Shown: positions 28,561-38,474 of the stretch, in pieces
How the letters are laid out: each line of letters begins with the position of its first letter
How positions within the stretch are numbered: position 1 is the first letter of the stretch
NCBI GenBank assembly: GCA_024275195.1
Contig: JAJRZP010000139.1
Span: 5,645-69,644 of the forward strand
DNA: 64,000 nucleotides
Direction of reading: 5' to 3'
Origin: Chloroflexota bacterium
Lineage (GTDB): Bacteria; Chloroflexota; Dehalococcoidia; Lucifugimonadales; Lucifugimonadaceae
The notes under the pieces: model-generated
What the model saw: the letters and a program-made list of their open reading frames with translations, nothing else
What the model was told of the DNA's origin: nothing
The model's database searches: none
Made by a program: the position numbers and the translations under genes

Positions 28561-29820
28561 ATGACTAAAAAGAGCATTTTCAAAGCAGAACGAATCGCCA
28601 ACCCCGACGTTTCCGGCTGGCTCACCGATCACGCAGTAATCGTGGAGGATGGCGTGATCACCGCCGTAGAACCTTCTGCGAACCTAACTTCAGCGAATGA
28701 TTCGTACGAAGTGTTCGATCTCGGCAATGTCTCGCTGCTGCCCGGCCTTATCGATGCCCACTCACATATGCACTGCAGTGCCACGCACGATGCTCAATCT
28801 CTGGCGATGCGAGAAAACAATCAGCAACTGACGATTCGGGCAACGAACAACATGCGGAAGGCCGTCCTCGCCGGAACGACGACGGTTCGCGACCTCGGAT
28901 CACGCAATGAAGTTGCTTTCGCAGTACACCAGATGATCGAGGATCGGCACGTCCCCGGTCCGCGGTTGCTGCTGGCAGGCACGCCCATCACAATCACGGC
29001 CGGTCACTGCTGGTTCTTCGGAACCGAGGCCGATACGGAAGATCAGGTTCGAACCGCGATCAGAACTCAGGTGAAACTGGGAGCAAACGTAATAAAGATG
29101 ATGGCGACCGGCGGGATGTTCACTCCAACGGCGAACCCCAGAACTCCGCAGTACTCGGTCGACGTTCTGAAGGCGGCGGTTGAAGAGGCGCACCGAATGA
29201 ACGTACCGATCGTTACTCACACGCTTTCTGCCCAGGGAGTTCGCAACGTCGTGGATGCCGGGGTCGATCATCTCATCCATGCCCGCTGGTATCACGCCGA
29301 CCCATCAAAGGGGCTCGACTATACACCGGACACTGTGAAGAAAATGGTCGATCAGGGGCAATGGGTCGATCCAACGATCGGACATCACCTACTGGGTACC
29401 GAGGCAAAGCAACGCGGGGAAATCGGCCCTCTGGAACCTCACTGGGCGGTTTCGTACAAGGTGGTTCCGGAAGAAGAACATCTCGAAACACTCACGAATA
29501 TGCACGACTCTGGCGTCAGGTTCACAACCGGGCTCGACATGGGTATGGCGTACGGAACTCATGATCGTTCGGCTGCAAATGCCTGGGCACTTGTCGAATA
29601 CCTGAGCTGGCCAACTTGGAAGGCCATCAACGCGGCGACGATCGGAACCGCCGAAGCGCTGGGGCTGGCAAAACAGGTAGGCAGTCTTCAGACCGGAATG
29701 GCTGCCGATCTGGCTGCTTTCGCTGGCGACCCAGCAGAAAATATTCGAGACATGGATCAGGCTTCGACGGTTGTTCAGTCGGGTCGGTTGTTGAAGTTGA
29801 ACAACAACGTACTGGTCTAG
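28561..29820 (+). CDS. amidohydrolase-family metallo-hydrolase
   Basis: 419 aa with LPGLIDAHSHM metal-binding HxH and typical C-terminal aspartate region. Confidence 0.88.
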   Translation: MTKKSIFKAERIANPDVSGWLTDHAVIVEDGVITAVEPSANLTSANDSYEVFDLGNVSLLPGLIDAHSHMHCSATHDAQSLAMRENNQQLTIRATNNMRKAVLAGTTTVRDLGSRNEVAFAVHQMIEDRHVPGPRLLLAGTPITITAGHCWFFGTEADTEDQVRTAIRTQVKLGANVIKMMATGGMFTPTANPRTPQYSVDVLKAAVEEAHRMNVPIVTHTLSAQGVRNVVDAGVDHLIHARWYHADPSKGLDYTPDTVKKMVDQGQWVDPTIGHHLLGTEAKQRGEIGPLEPHWAVSYKVVPEEEHLETLTNMHDSGVRFTTGLDMGMAYGTHDRSAANAWALVEYLSWPTWKAINAATIGTAEALGLAKQVGSLQTGMAADLAAFAGDPAENIRDMDQASTVVQSGRLLKLNNNVLV

Positions 29821-29856
29821 CCAGAGCCGGTCAACGAAATCGCGTGCCGTCAGGGG

Positions 29857-30048
29857 CTAACCGATCAAACCGGGGATACCACTCTGCGCCGCAGAAGCGT
29901 CGCCTGTGGTGGCAACTTGAACTATCGTAAGCGTAACGACCGCAACGGCGGCGAGCACTACCGCAATCGTCACACTCGATACTCCAGCCTGTCCGCGTCT
30001 GGTGTTCAAAACCGACGTAATTGCTTTGCGAGATGTGTGTACTGACAT
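29857..30048 (-). CDS. hypothetical small single-pass membrane protein
   Basis: 63 aa with a basic N-terminus followed by one TM segment (VSSVTIAVVLAAVAVVTLTIV). AGAGG lies about 5 nt upstream of the ATG. No family recognised. Confidence 0.35.
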   Translation of the reverse strand: MSVHTSRKAITSVLNTRRGQAGVSSVTIAVVLAAVAVVTLTIVQVATTGDASAAQSGIPGLIG

Positions 30049-30457
30049 TTTGACCTCTGTTGCTGGTTCGATTGATCGCTCATGGGAGAAGCCATCAACG
30101 GAGCACTGGTTACTTGTTCACAGTCGGAGTAGCGGTTGCCACTACCTCAGAATGGCAGTAAACACTGGTCGTCCAGTAGGTTGAATCGCCTAAAGCTATT
30201 GCGGAAATACGCAACTCAAGCTCTTTAGCGAATCTCTTTCTCCTCACAGCGCTCAGTTCAGCACCCTGTGGGTAATATCACTGATGTCAGTTCATTTGGA
30301 TGAGTACGGGATGCACACAGTGTCTACACAGTTGTCGCCTAGAGTTTTCACTGCACCGACATCATCATCGGTCGCATCGAACTAACTCAAGAGCGGTCTG
30401 ATTGAAACAACCTCAATCGACAGATTGCAGATGGACAAGTAGGGGGTAGATAAGCAA

Positions 30458-30667
30458 ATGTTGTACTTCAGGTCATGCCCAAAATGTACAACTGGTACGG
30501 TCGAAAACAACTTCGACGCCCATGGCAACTTCCTGCAATGCCTCAACTGTGGTTTCATGCGGGATGTACCAACCGACGTACAAGCAGACGCCATTAAAAC
30601 GATGCTGGCCGTCTGGCACAAAGAACTTCACTCCCCGGAGATGGAACCTGCAGACGCTGTTGCGTGA
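30458..30667 (+). CDS. small zinc-ribbon protein (CPKC...CLNC)
   Basis: 69 aa with four Cys in two CxxC knuckles and a G-rich SD upstream. It lies immediately 5' of the histidine kinase gene. Confidence 0.5.
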   Translation: MLYFRSCPKCTTGTVENNFDAHGNFLQCLNCGFMRDVPTDVQADAIKTMLAVWHKELHSPEMEPADAVA

Positions 30668-30818
30668 TACCTAAACAGGCTTCCTCACGAGATCATCACG
30701 CATTAGCGTGATGTTATGAGCGTGGCTCGTTCGTATCTTCACACTCCATTCGCGCCATTTCTGGAACAAGTGCAATAACATTCTTGGAACTCGCACTTGC
30801 CAATTTGGAACCCATCCC

Positions 30819-32570
30819 TTGCCAGAACGCCCGATCTCGTTACGCCGTGCAGCCGAAATAATCGGTGTGCACCACTCGACTCTCGCCCGCGCGGTAAACC
30901 GCGGCGATGTTAAGCCTGTAACCACTACACCAGGGGGCTGGAATCGATTCTCAAGACGGGATATAGAACGATACGCACGGGCTCTTGAAGCATCCGAGGC
31001 GGCGCGTAGTCAGATCAACGCTCCAACGGTGGATCGTGCCCTGATGGACATTCCAAAACTCGCCCGTGAACTTACAGGTGCCGACTACGCCGCCGTTACC
31101 GTCCAACAATCGAATGGTCGCCCTCTCCGCATATATCACGACGGGCTCGAGAGCGACATCGACTGGAAATCGCATGAGTTGCCGCGTGGGCGTGGCGTGC
31201 TAGGGAAGCTCGGTCATGCCGACTCTCCACTTAGGCTCGATGATCTCTCGTCTCACCCCGATTCATACGGGTTTCCTGACTGGCATCCGCCAATGCAGGC
31301 TCTGCTCGGTGTACAGGTCACCAATAGCGCAGGACTGAAGGCCAACCTCTATCTTGCAAATTCGCCCGGTAATCGAAAGTTCACCGTTGAAGACGAATAC
31401 CTCTTGACTCAACTGACCCATTTCGCTCAACTGGCTCTCGATTCGGCGAACCTTTACGAGCGCGAGCGTGAGAATCGTGTACTGGCTGAATCGGCTGAGC
31501 GTCGGCTTCAGGCAGTTATCGAGGAATCTACTGTTGGCGTGCTGATCGTCGAGGCTGAAACCAGGTTGCTGGTTGGGTCGAGTCAGGAGGCGCGACGCCT
31601 GTTTGGGCACTCTCTCGATCTTGGAATGACGCTCGACGACGTATATCAACTTGCTACTTTGTACGATGGCGATGGCAAGCTGGTGACAAACAACGAGTCA
31701 CCACTGGAGTTGGCACTGGTCAGTAAGAAACTGACGCGTCCGCAAGAGATGCTGTTTGAACGTGCTAACGGTTCACGTGTTCCGGTAGTTGTAACGGCAG
31801 CACCCATCGGATCTGAAAATGGCGGGCTCGACTCGGCTGTACTGATTTTTCAGGACGTCACACAAATTCACGAGGTTGACGACGCCAAGAAAGAGTTCTT
31901 ATCGATGATCACCCACGATCTACGATCACCTCTGGCAACCATCAAAGGCATGGCAGGCTCGCTCAACGCAATTTCCGAACCCGATAGCGAGATCAAGCTC
32001 GGACTGGACGCAATCGACGAGGAAGTCGACCACATGACCGAGCTTGTATCCAATATTCTTGACATGTCGCGAATCGAATCTGGAACCCGGGGAGTTGAAC
32101 GGGAAATATGTCACATGGCAGACATCGTCCAGGATGCCATCCGACGAACACTAGGATCAAGGCATGGACAGGGCAGGTCAATAAAAGCAACAATCCCTTC
32201 AGGATTCCCCGAAATGTATGCAGACCCCGGTCAGTTGGGCAGAGTTTTAGATAACCTACTGAGTAATGCAATGAAGTACGCCCCCGGAAATGTCGAGATC
32301 GTAAACTCATACGACGTTAAAACCGACACAATTCATACCGAAGTGATCGATCAAGGTGAAGGCATACCAGCTTCACAGCACAAAGAAATATTCGATAAGT
32401 TCTACCGACTCCGTGAGGGACGGGCACGGGGGCGAGAGGGTTCAGGATTAGGACTCGCAATCTGTAAATCTGTGATCGGAGCGCATGGTGGAAAGATCGG
32501 CGTAAACAACAATCCTCAGGGCGGCGCCACGTTCTGGTTTGAATTCCCAAGAGACCCTGATCAGGCATGA
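30819..32570 (+). CDS. cytoplasmic sensor histidine kinase with N-terminal HTH, GAF and PAS domains
   Basis: The N-terminus LRRAAEIIGVHHSTLARAVNRGDVKPV is an excisionase/MerR-like HTH. A GAF-like region and a PAS-like region follow, then HisKA (FLSMITHDLRSPL) and an HATPase_c with N/G1/G2 boxes. No TM segments. Confidence 0.9.
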   Translation: MPERPISLRRAAEIIGVHHSTLARAVNRGDVKPVTTTPGGWNRFSRRDIERYARALEASEAARSQINAPTVDRALMDIPKLARELTGADYAAVTVQQSNGRPLRIYHDGLESDIDWKSHELPRGRGVLGKLGHADSPLRLDDLSSHPDSYGFPDWHPPMQALLGVQVTNSAGLKANLYLANSPGNRKFTVEDEYLLTQLTHFAQLALDSANLYERERENRVLAESAERRLQAVIEESTVGVLIVEAETRLLVGSSQEARRLFGHSLDLGMTLDDVYQLATLYDGDGKLVTNNESPLELALVSKKLTRPQEMLFERANGSRVPVVVTAAPIGSENGGLDSAVLIFQDVTQIHEVDDAKKEFLSMITHDLRSPLATIKGMAGSLNAISEPDSEIKLGLDAIDEEVDHMTELVSNILDMSRIESGTRGVEREICHMADIVQDAIRRTLGSRHGQGRSIKATIPSGFPEMYADPGQLGRVLDNLLSNAMKYAPGNVEIVNSYDVKTDTIHTEVIDQGEGIPASQHKEIFDKFYRLREGRARGREGSGLGLAICKSVIGAHGGKIGVNNNPQGGATFWFEFPRDPDQA

Positions 32571-32602
32571 TGAACAAGTTCGAAAAGCGAGAGGGCTGAA
32601 AA

Positions 32603-33322
32603 ATGACATCGATGAATCACAGGCTGGAAAAATCTGGCGTGCTAGTGGTCGATGACGACCCCAAGATCAGACGGCTTGTCGCCACCCATCTGGGGCAGTC
32701 TGGATTCGAAGTATTCCTGGCGGCAAACGGTGAGGAAGCGATCTATCAGGCGTCACTCCACCAGCCTGACGTCGTGGTTCTCGATCTTGCAATGCCCGGC
32801 ATAGACGGCTTCGAGACGTTGTCTCGACTTCGCGAGTGGTACACCGATCCGGTAATCATTCTCTCGGCAACCGATCAGGAACAAGAGAAAGTCCGCGCAC
32901 TTGACATAGGTGCTGACGACTACATAACCAAACCGTTTGGCACAGAAGAACTCGCCGCCCGAATTCGTGCAGCAATCAGGCGAGCAGAGCGTCTGGCAGG
33001 CACAACCGACACAGCCGATCCGATCGTTCAAGCCGGATCGTTCGAAATCGATCTCTCTGCTCGACTTGTATACCGCGACGGTGACGAAGTTCGTCTGACT
33101 CGCACCGAGTACGACCTGCTACGTGCGCTCGCAGTCAACGCCGGTAAAGTGATGACGCACCGGCAACTTCTACAGTCTGTATGGGGTCCTGAGTACGGAG
33201 AAGAGACCGAATATCTCCGCACATTCGTCAAGCAACTCCGCAGGAAGCTCGAAAAAGACCCTTCACGTCCGAAGCAGATCCTCACCGAACCCGGCGTCGG
33301 CTACCGGTTGTTTATCAGCTAG
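32603..33322 (+). CDS. OmpR/PhoB-family response regulator
   Basis: 239 aa with a receiver domain (VVDDDP...VVVLDLAMPG) and a winged-helix output domain (LTRTEYDLLRAL...GVGYRL). Confidence 0.95.
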   Translation: MTSMNHRLEKSGVLVVDDDPKIRRLVATHLGQSGFEVFLAANGEEAIYQASLHQPDVVVLDLAMPGIDGFETLSRLREWYTDPVIILSATDQEQEKVRALDIGADDYITKPFGTEELAARIRAAIRRAERLAGTTDTADPIVQAGSFEIDLSARLVYRDGDEVRLTRTEYDLLRALAVNAGKVMTHRQLLQSVWGPEYGEETEYLRTFVKQLRRKLEKDPSRPKQILTEPGVGYRLFIS

Positions 33323-33456
33323 GGCGACCATAGACGGGCTTGAACTGCCGCTACTCACTCCGTTCCGGGCTACAGGGACGAGGCAGTACACCACCGTCCA
33401 TACTGCTTCGAAACAACACACTCTCGTCCCGACATGGGCGAATCAGCACATTCTCA

Positions 33457-33954
33457 TCACACCGTAGCGATTGCCGCTTGATTGCGACGGACAACATCCG
33501 CCTCGAACGCGAGCAGTTCACGCTTGGTTTCGATGCCTCCGGCGAATCCAACGAGATCGCCATTGGCGCCTACAACTCGATGGCAGGGCAGGATTATCGA
33601 AATTGGGTTACGACCGTTTGCTGCACCGACCGCCCGAACCGCGCGAGGCCGGCCAATTCGCGCTGCCTGATCCCCATAGCTAGCGACTTCACCGTAAGGA
33701 ATCAATGCAAGTGCAAGCCACGCCAAACGCTGAAACTCAGTTCCACGCAGATCCAACGGAACGTCAAAGCTGGTGCGCTTACCGGCAAAATACTCTTCAA
33801 GCTGAAAACAGGCGGTTCGGAGTACAGGATGGTTGGCAACTGTTGCGATCTCAGTCGGCAATGAAAGACGGCCTATTCGCTCGTTCGGCCACTTAATCGC
33901 CCGTAGGCCTTGATCAGTAGCGACAAGGGTCAATTCACCGACCCGACTGTCCAT
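33457..33954 (-). CDS. ogt: methylated-DNA--protein-cysteine methyltransferase
   Basis: 165 aa from ATG 33954, with PCHRV active site and IPYGEVASYG. The longer track ORF (to 34176) would overlap the upstream dehydratase gene. Confidence 0.9.
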   Translation of the reverse strand: MDSRVGELTLVATDQGLRAIKWPNERIGRLSLPTEIATVANHPVLRTACFQLEEYFAGKRTSFDVPLDLRGTEFQRLAWLALALIPYGEVASYGDQAARIGRPRAVRAVGAANGRNPISIILPCHRVVGANGDLVGFAGGIETKRELLAFEADVVRRNQAAIATV

Positions 33955-34012
33955 CGTTGTTGTGTAGTGCCGGTCTGTGGTCACAGTAGAGTTATTATCA
34001 CTGGAGGCCAGC

Positions 34013-36034
34013 CTATCTGCCAAGTGCCTTATTGCCAGCTTCGATTGTTTCGATGATCGAGTCAACATCGTATACGCAACCGCCCCACGTCCCTCCGCTC
34101 GCCGACTGTAGAGCGGCCCACAGACGAGAATCGTCCGGCAACTGCGGGTGGGGTGCAAGATCGTCGGGTTCTGCACGATTTTCTAACTCGGAGGTACCCC
34201 AATCAGCACCCTTCACTTCGCCACCAATACCAACGAGATTCAAGGAACCTGAGAGATTCTTACGATCGACGATAATCTCGATCACATCGCCATCTTCGAC
34301 CCGCCCTATCGGGCCTCCCGCCAGCGCTTCCGGGCCTACATGCCCAATACATGCTCCCGTCGAAACTCCCGAGAAGCGAGCGTCGGTAATCAGGGCAACC
34401 TGCTTGCCGTAGGAAAGGTGTTTGAGAGCCGCTGTAAGCTGGTACACCTCTTCCATGCCGGTCCCAAGCGGCCCACCACAGGTCACGACCATGATGTCGC
34501 CAGCCTTGATCTTATGATCTTCGTCTCGCGATTTGATAGCGCCCATCGCCGCCCGTTCTGACCGGAACACACGCGCCGACCCGATCTTTCGGTAAACGTT
34601 GTCATCATCAACTACCGAGGGGTCGATCGCCGTACTCTTGATCACCGATCCTTCTGGAGCGATGTTGCCCATTGGGAACGTGACCGTACTCGTGAGATTC
34701 TTCTTGCTGGCGCGCTCCGGCGACATGATCACGTTGTCGGGATCAACACCATCCACGTCCCGCAGGTACTTTCGCACTTCATGGCGACGCTCTGAGTCCA
34801 CCCACCAGTTGAGATTCTCGTCGAGAGTCTGCCCGGTAGAGGTCATCACGCTCGTGTCGATCAACCCGAGCTTGCGCAAATGCAGCATCACCTCCGGAAC
34901 ACCTCCGGCTGCATAGAGTTGGGTGGTTGGATGACCGACTGGACCGTTTGGCAAAACATCGACCAATCTGGGTACGTTCAGGTTAATCCGGTTCCAATCG
35001 TCAACCGTCATACGCCGCCGACCTGCGGCATGGGCAACCGCCGGCATGTGCAGCAGCAGATTGGTCGATCCACCACACGCAGCATGAACCGCCATAGCAT
35101 TCTCGAACGCGGCGTCTGTAAGAACGTCCCTCGCAACGACGCCACGACGTTCCATCATCACCAAAGCCCGTGCGGACCGACGCGCAATGTCGTGCCATGC
35201 AGGTGTGCCACTGGGTGATAGTGCAGAGTGGGTGATCGCCATTCCCAACGCCTCGGACACGACCTGGGAGGTTCCTGCTGTGCCGAGGAACTGGCAACCG
35301 CCACCGGGAGACGCACACGAGCGACAGCCGACATCCTGTGCATACTCAAGCGTCACCTCTCCCTGAGCAAATCTTGCGCCGATCGATTGAATCTGGCCTG
35401 TGTCTTCACCGATGTGCGGCTTGAGAGTGGTTCCGCCCGGCACGATTACTCCCGGCTGACTATGCAGCCCTGCCAGAGCCATCATCATTGCTGGCAGGCC
35501 TTTGTCGCACGAAGCAACCCCGAGCACGCCACGGGCAGTTGGCAATGAACGGGCGATGCGCCGAAATACCTGTGCGGCGTCGTTTCGATACGGCAGTGAA
35601 TCGAGCATTCCTGTCGTGCCCTGAGTTCGACCGTCACACGGATCCGAACAGAACGCGGCAAACGGCACCGACTTCAGTTCCTTGAACTCGTGTGCAGCGG
35701 TCTTGACCATGTCGACTAGCTCAAAATGGCCTGTATGTAGTCCCAGTGCGACCGGCGATCCATCTTCCTCTTTCACCCCACCAACTGTGGAGAGAATGAT
35801 GAACTGCTTGCGCATCAGCTCGATTGGGTTCCACCCCATGCCCGCATTCTGCGTCATGCCAAAATGATTCCCGCTCGGCTCTTCGATCAGGAACTCGGCC
35901 GTGAACGGAACGACACCTTTCGGGCCGTCAGCGTGAGTTTGAATCTCGCGTGTCGTTGGATCAGCACCTGTTCCAAGCACATCGTCAATCGAAACTTCGG
36001 TTGTGTCGTTGGCAGGAGTGACACGTGAGGTCAT
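34013..36034 (-). CDS. IlvD/Edd-family dehydratase, YjhG/YagF (xylonate dehydratase) type
   Basis: 673 aa, collinear with the long-form pentonate dehydratases ([75 protein letters not shown]). Confidence 0.9.
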   Translation of the reverse strand: MTSRVTPANDTTEVSIDDVLGTGADPTTREIQTHADGPKGVVPFTAEFLIEEPSGNHFGMTQNAGMGWNPIELMRKQFIILSTVGGVKEEDGSPVALGLHTGHFELVDMVKTAAHEFKELKSVPFAAFCSDPCDGRTQGTTGMLDSLPYRNDAAQVFRRIARSLPTARGVLGVASCDKGLPAMMMALAGLHSQPGVIVPGGTTLKPHIGEDTGQIQSIGARFAQGEVTLEYAQDVGCRSCASPGGGCQFLGTAGTSQVVSEALGMAITHSALSPSGTPAWHDIARRSARALVMMERRGVVARDVLTDAAFENAMAVHAACGGSTNLLLHMPAVAHAAGRRRMTVDDWNRINLNVPRLVDVLPNGPVGHPTTQLYAAGGVPEVMLHLRKLGLIDTSVMTSTGQTLDENLNWWVDSERRHEVRKYLRDVDGVDPDNVIMSPERASKKNLTSTVTFPMGNIAPEGSVIKSTAIDPSVVDDDNVYRKIGSARVFRSERAAMGAIKSRDEDHKIKAGDIMVVTCGGPLGTGMEEVYQLTAALKHLSYGKQVALITDARFSGVSTGACIGHVGPEALAGGPIGRVEDGDVIEIIVDRKNLSGSLNLVGIGGEVKGADWGTSELENRAEPDDLAPHPQLPDDSRLWAALQSASGGTWGGCVYDVDSIIETIEAGNKALGR

Positions 36035-36138
36035 TGAATGTTCCAGTCAAGATTTCGAGAGTGATTGAGAGCGGTCATCGAGATCAGATGAACGCCTCGC
36101 CGACCGCGACGGCGCAGCAATGATACCCAGAAGCCATA

Positions 36139-36257
36139 GATTTCCCGAGCGTAGTCGAGGGGCCTCTCAGGGGTTAACTCTCGACACTCGCCAACGACGA
36201 TTCTCAGGCAATTGAACGTCGTATCCACCGAGATCCCTCGACTACGCTCGGGAAATC
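36139..36257. repeat. perfect 23-bp inverted repeat with a 73-nt spacer
   Basis: The left arm GATTTCCCGAGCGTAGTCGAGGG (36139-36161) is exactly complementary to the right arm CCCTCGACTACGCTCGGGAAATC (36235-36257). It lies in the intergenic region between the GH15 gene and the dehydratase gene. Confidence 0.8.
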
Positions 36258-36299
36258 GGTTGCTGGCGGTCTATAAATTTCATCAACTTCAGCGAAATT

Positions 36300-38168
36300 C
36301 TAGCCGCGGCCGTTGTTGGCAGTGCCATGATCAAGAGCGCGATCAAGAATGAAAGCAGAATTTATCAGCGCGAGATGCGTGAACGCCTGCGGGAAGTTCC
36401 CGAGCATGTCGCCCGTAGGGCCGGTCTCCTCGGCAAAAAGCCCGAGAGGGCTCGCGTAGCCAAGCATCCGCTCGAACAGAAATCGTGCCGCTTCGAGCCG
36501 TCCCGAACGCGTCAATGCCTCAGCAAGCCAGAACGTACACATCGTGAATGTGCCTTCCCTGCCTGCAAGCCCGTCTGGCGACTCCTCTGGATCGTAGCGA
36601 TAAACCAGCGAATCTCGCGTCAGTGTGTCTTCAATTCGCTTCAAAGTCGACATCATTCGTGGATCACGAGGCGAGAGCGCACCAATGTTCAACAACTGAA
36701 GCAGCGCGGCATCAACTACAGGTGAACCGTACGACTGCGTAAAGCTCTGTAACTCCTCGTTCCAGCCCCTGTCCATAATCTCGTGGAATATCTGGTCACG
36801 AGCCGATATCCAGAGTTCTCGGTTCGCCGGAAACGATCGTTCATCCGCCAGTTTCAGCCCTTTGGCGAGTGCGTTCCACGCCATTAGCTTCGAATGAACA
36901 AACTGCTTTCGTCCGCCGCGTGTCTCCCAGATTCCTTCATCGGGCCTATGCCAGTTGTTCGAAACCCAATCGAGAATTCCCGAAAGCGAAACCCACATGT
37001 CATATGAAATTGGCCAGCCATGTCGGTTGTAGATATAAACCGATTCCATCAGTTCGCCATATATATCGAGCTGGAACTGGTCGTACGCCCCGTTTCCGAT
37101 TCGGACCGGCCCTGAATCCCTGTAGCCGCTCAGGTGATCGAGGGTCTTCTCTTCCAGATGATGTTCGCCACGTATTCCGTACATTATCTGTAAAGGTGAC
37201 TCTGAGTTGCCGCGGGATTCACTTATGCGCCTTCCCAGCCACCGCATGAAGCCACGTGCTTCATCGATGTAGCCCATCCGCATGAAGGCATCGATCGTGA
37301 GCGTGGCGTCACGAATCCAGCAGTAGCGGTAGTCCCAGTTGCGTTCACCACCAATCTCTTCAGGGAGTGAAGCTGTCGGAGCCGCGATAATCGCTCCGGT
37401 AGGTGAGAACGTGAGCAGCTTCAACGCCAGCAGTGAACGAATCACCTCCTCTCGCCATCGTCCCTCATACGTGCACTTGGAAACCCAGCCCCGCCAGAAA
37501 TCGACAGTTTCACGAAATTGAGCATCGGCGGCATGTGCGGTAAGTGACGTTGGCTCACTCTCAATTTCATCGAGGCGTTCTAGTACAAAAGCCATTGACT
37601 CGCCATGATCGAGAGTGAACTCGGCGAGGGCAGCACCGTTGTCTATCGTGAATTCGCACGGAGCCGTGAGTGATAGTCGTTCGCCATTGTCCGACGTGAA
37701 AACCACGCCTCCATCGGTTTTTCCAACCTGATGCGCCGTAGTCGCAAACTCAAATGCCGGCCGACATTCCATCCGCATGTTCGTCTCACCAAGCACACCC
37801 TGAACCAGACGGACGATCCTCGACTCATCCCCGCACAAACAATCTGAATCATCCGACCATGGTTCGCCACCAAACTCATGCTCTTCATGAACTGGCATGA
37901 AATCAGTCACCTGGGCGGCTGAACGATCGCTTCCGAACCGTGTGATGAGAACGTTGGTGTCAGGAAAATAAATCTGTCGGTGATCGACTGAATCGACAGC
38001 TGAGATCGAAAATCGCCCACCCTTCTCTTCATCAAGAAGGCTGTTAAATACTGCTGGCGAATCGAAGAACGGCAAGCATAACCAATCGATCGAGCCATCG
38101 CTCCCGACCAGTGCTGCCGTGTGCATATTTCCGATCAGACCGTAGTCTTCAATTCGCTTGTATGGCAT
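36300..38168 (-). CDS. glycoside hydrolase family 15 (glucoamylase/trehalase-like)
   Basis: The N-terminus MPYKRIEDYGLIGNMHTAALVGSDGSIDWLCLPFFDSPAVF and the (alpha/alpha)6-barrel region are typical of GH15. The ATG at 38168 is preferred over GTG 38252. Confidence 0.88.
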   Translation of the reverse strand: MPYKRIEDYGLIGNMHTAALVGSDGSIDWLCLPFFDSPAVFNSLLDEEKGGRFSISAVDSVDHRQIYFPDTNVLITRFGSDRSAAQVTDFMPVHEEHEFGGEPWSDDSDCLCGDESRIVRLVQGVLGETNMRMECRPAFEFATTAHQVGKTDGGVVFTSDNGERLSLTAPCEFTIDNGAALAEFTLDHGESMAFVLERLDEIESEPTSLTAHAADAQFRETVDFWRGWVSKCTYEGRWREEVIRSLLALKLLTFSPTGAIIAAPTASLPEEIGGERNWDYRYCWIRDATLTIDAFMRMGYIDEARGFMRWLGRRISESRGNSESPLQIMYGIRGEHHLEEKTLDHLSGYRDSGPVRIGNGAYDQFQLDIYGELMESVYIYNRHGWPISYDMWVSLSGILDWVSNNWHRPDEGIWETRGGRKQFVHSKLMAWNALAKGLKLADERSFPANRELWISARDQIFHEIMDRGWNEELQSFTQSYGSPVVDAALLQLLNIGALSPRDPRMMSTLKRIEDTLTRDSLVYRYDPEESPDGLAGREGTFTMCTFWLAEALTRSGRLEAARFLFERMLGYASPLGLFAEETGPTGDMLGNFPQAFTHLALINSAFILDRALDHGTANNGRG

Positions 38169-38474
38169 GAACCTTCGCAGACACTGGGTTTTGCTCGAAT
38201 CTGGTGCGGACGTAAAGTTGCTACCTCTTCGTCGTAACGAGTGTGATGTCACACATGGCGGTTGGCAACACCAAACTATCGAGATTTTCTGGGTGCCAGA
38301 ATCGTGGTGTCGGGAATCTTGTCACGCCTTCTGCGACCATAAACTAGAACTGGAGGGCTGGGCCTCCGATAACTCGAACCGGGTTTTCTCGACCGGTGAG
38401 GACGCAACCGAAAATTATCCTGTCTGTGTTACGCTCCAAGCTATTCTCGATAGCAGAGCTGAGCGGAGCATCTT

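Noticed and set aside
27810-30457. Possible genomic island integrated at tRNA-Asp (or at tRNA-Val at 13558)
   Set aside because: I saw no integrase, no direct repeat of the tRNA 3' end, and no mobility genes downstream. The neighbouring genes are ordinary metabolic ones.
33340-34176. Plus-strand ORF 33340..33864, and the long form (to 34176) of the ogt ORF
   Set aside because: The plus-strand ORF is antisense to ogt (PCHRV active site). The long minus-strand form adds 74 non-homologous residues and would overlap the dehydratase 3' end. The ATG at 33954 gives a standard 165-aa Ogt.
36031-36228. 65-aa ORF inside the 23-bp inverted-repeat unit
   Set aside because: It spans the spacer and one repeat arm and overlaps the dehydratase start. 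It has no RBS and its translation is Arg-rich.
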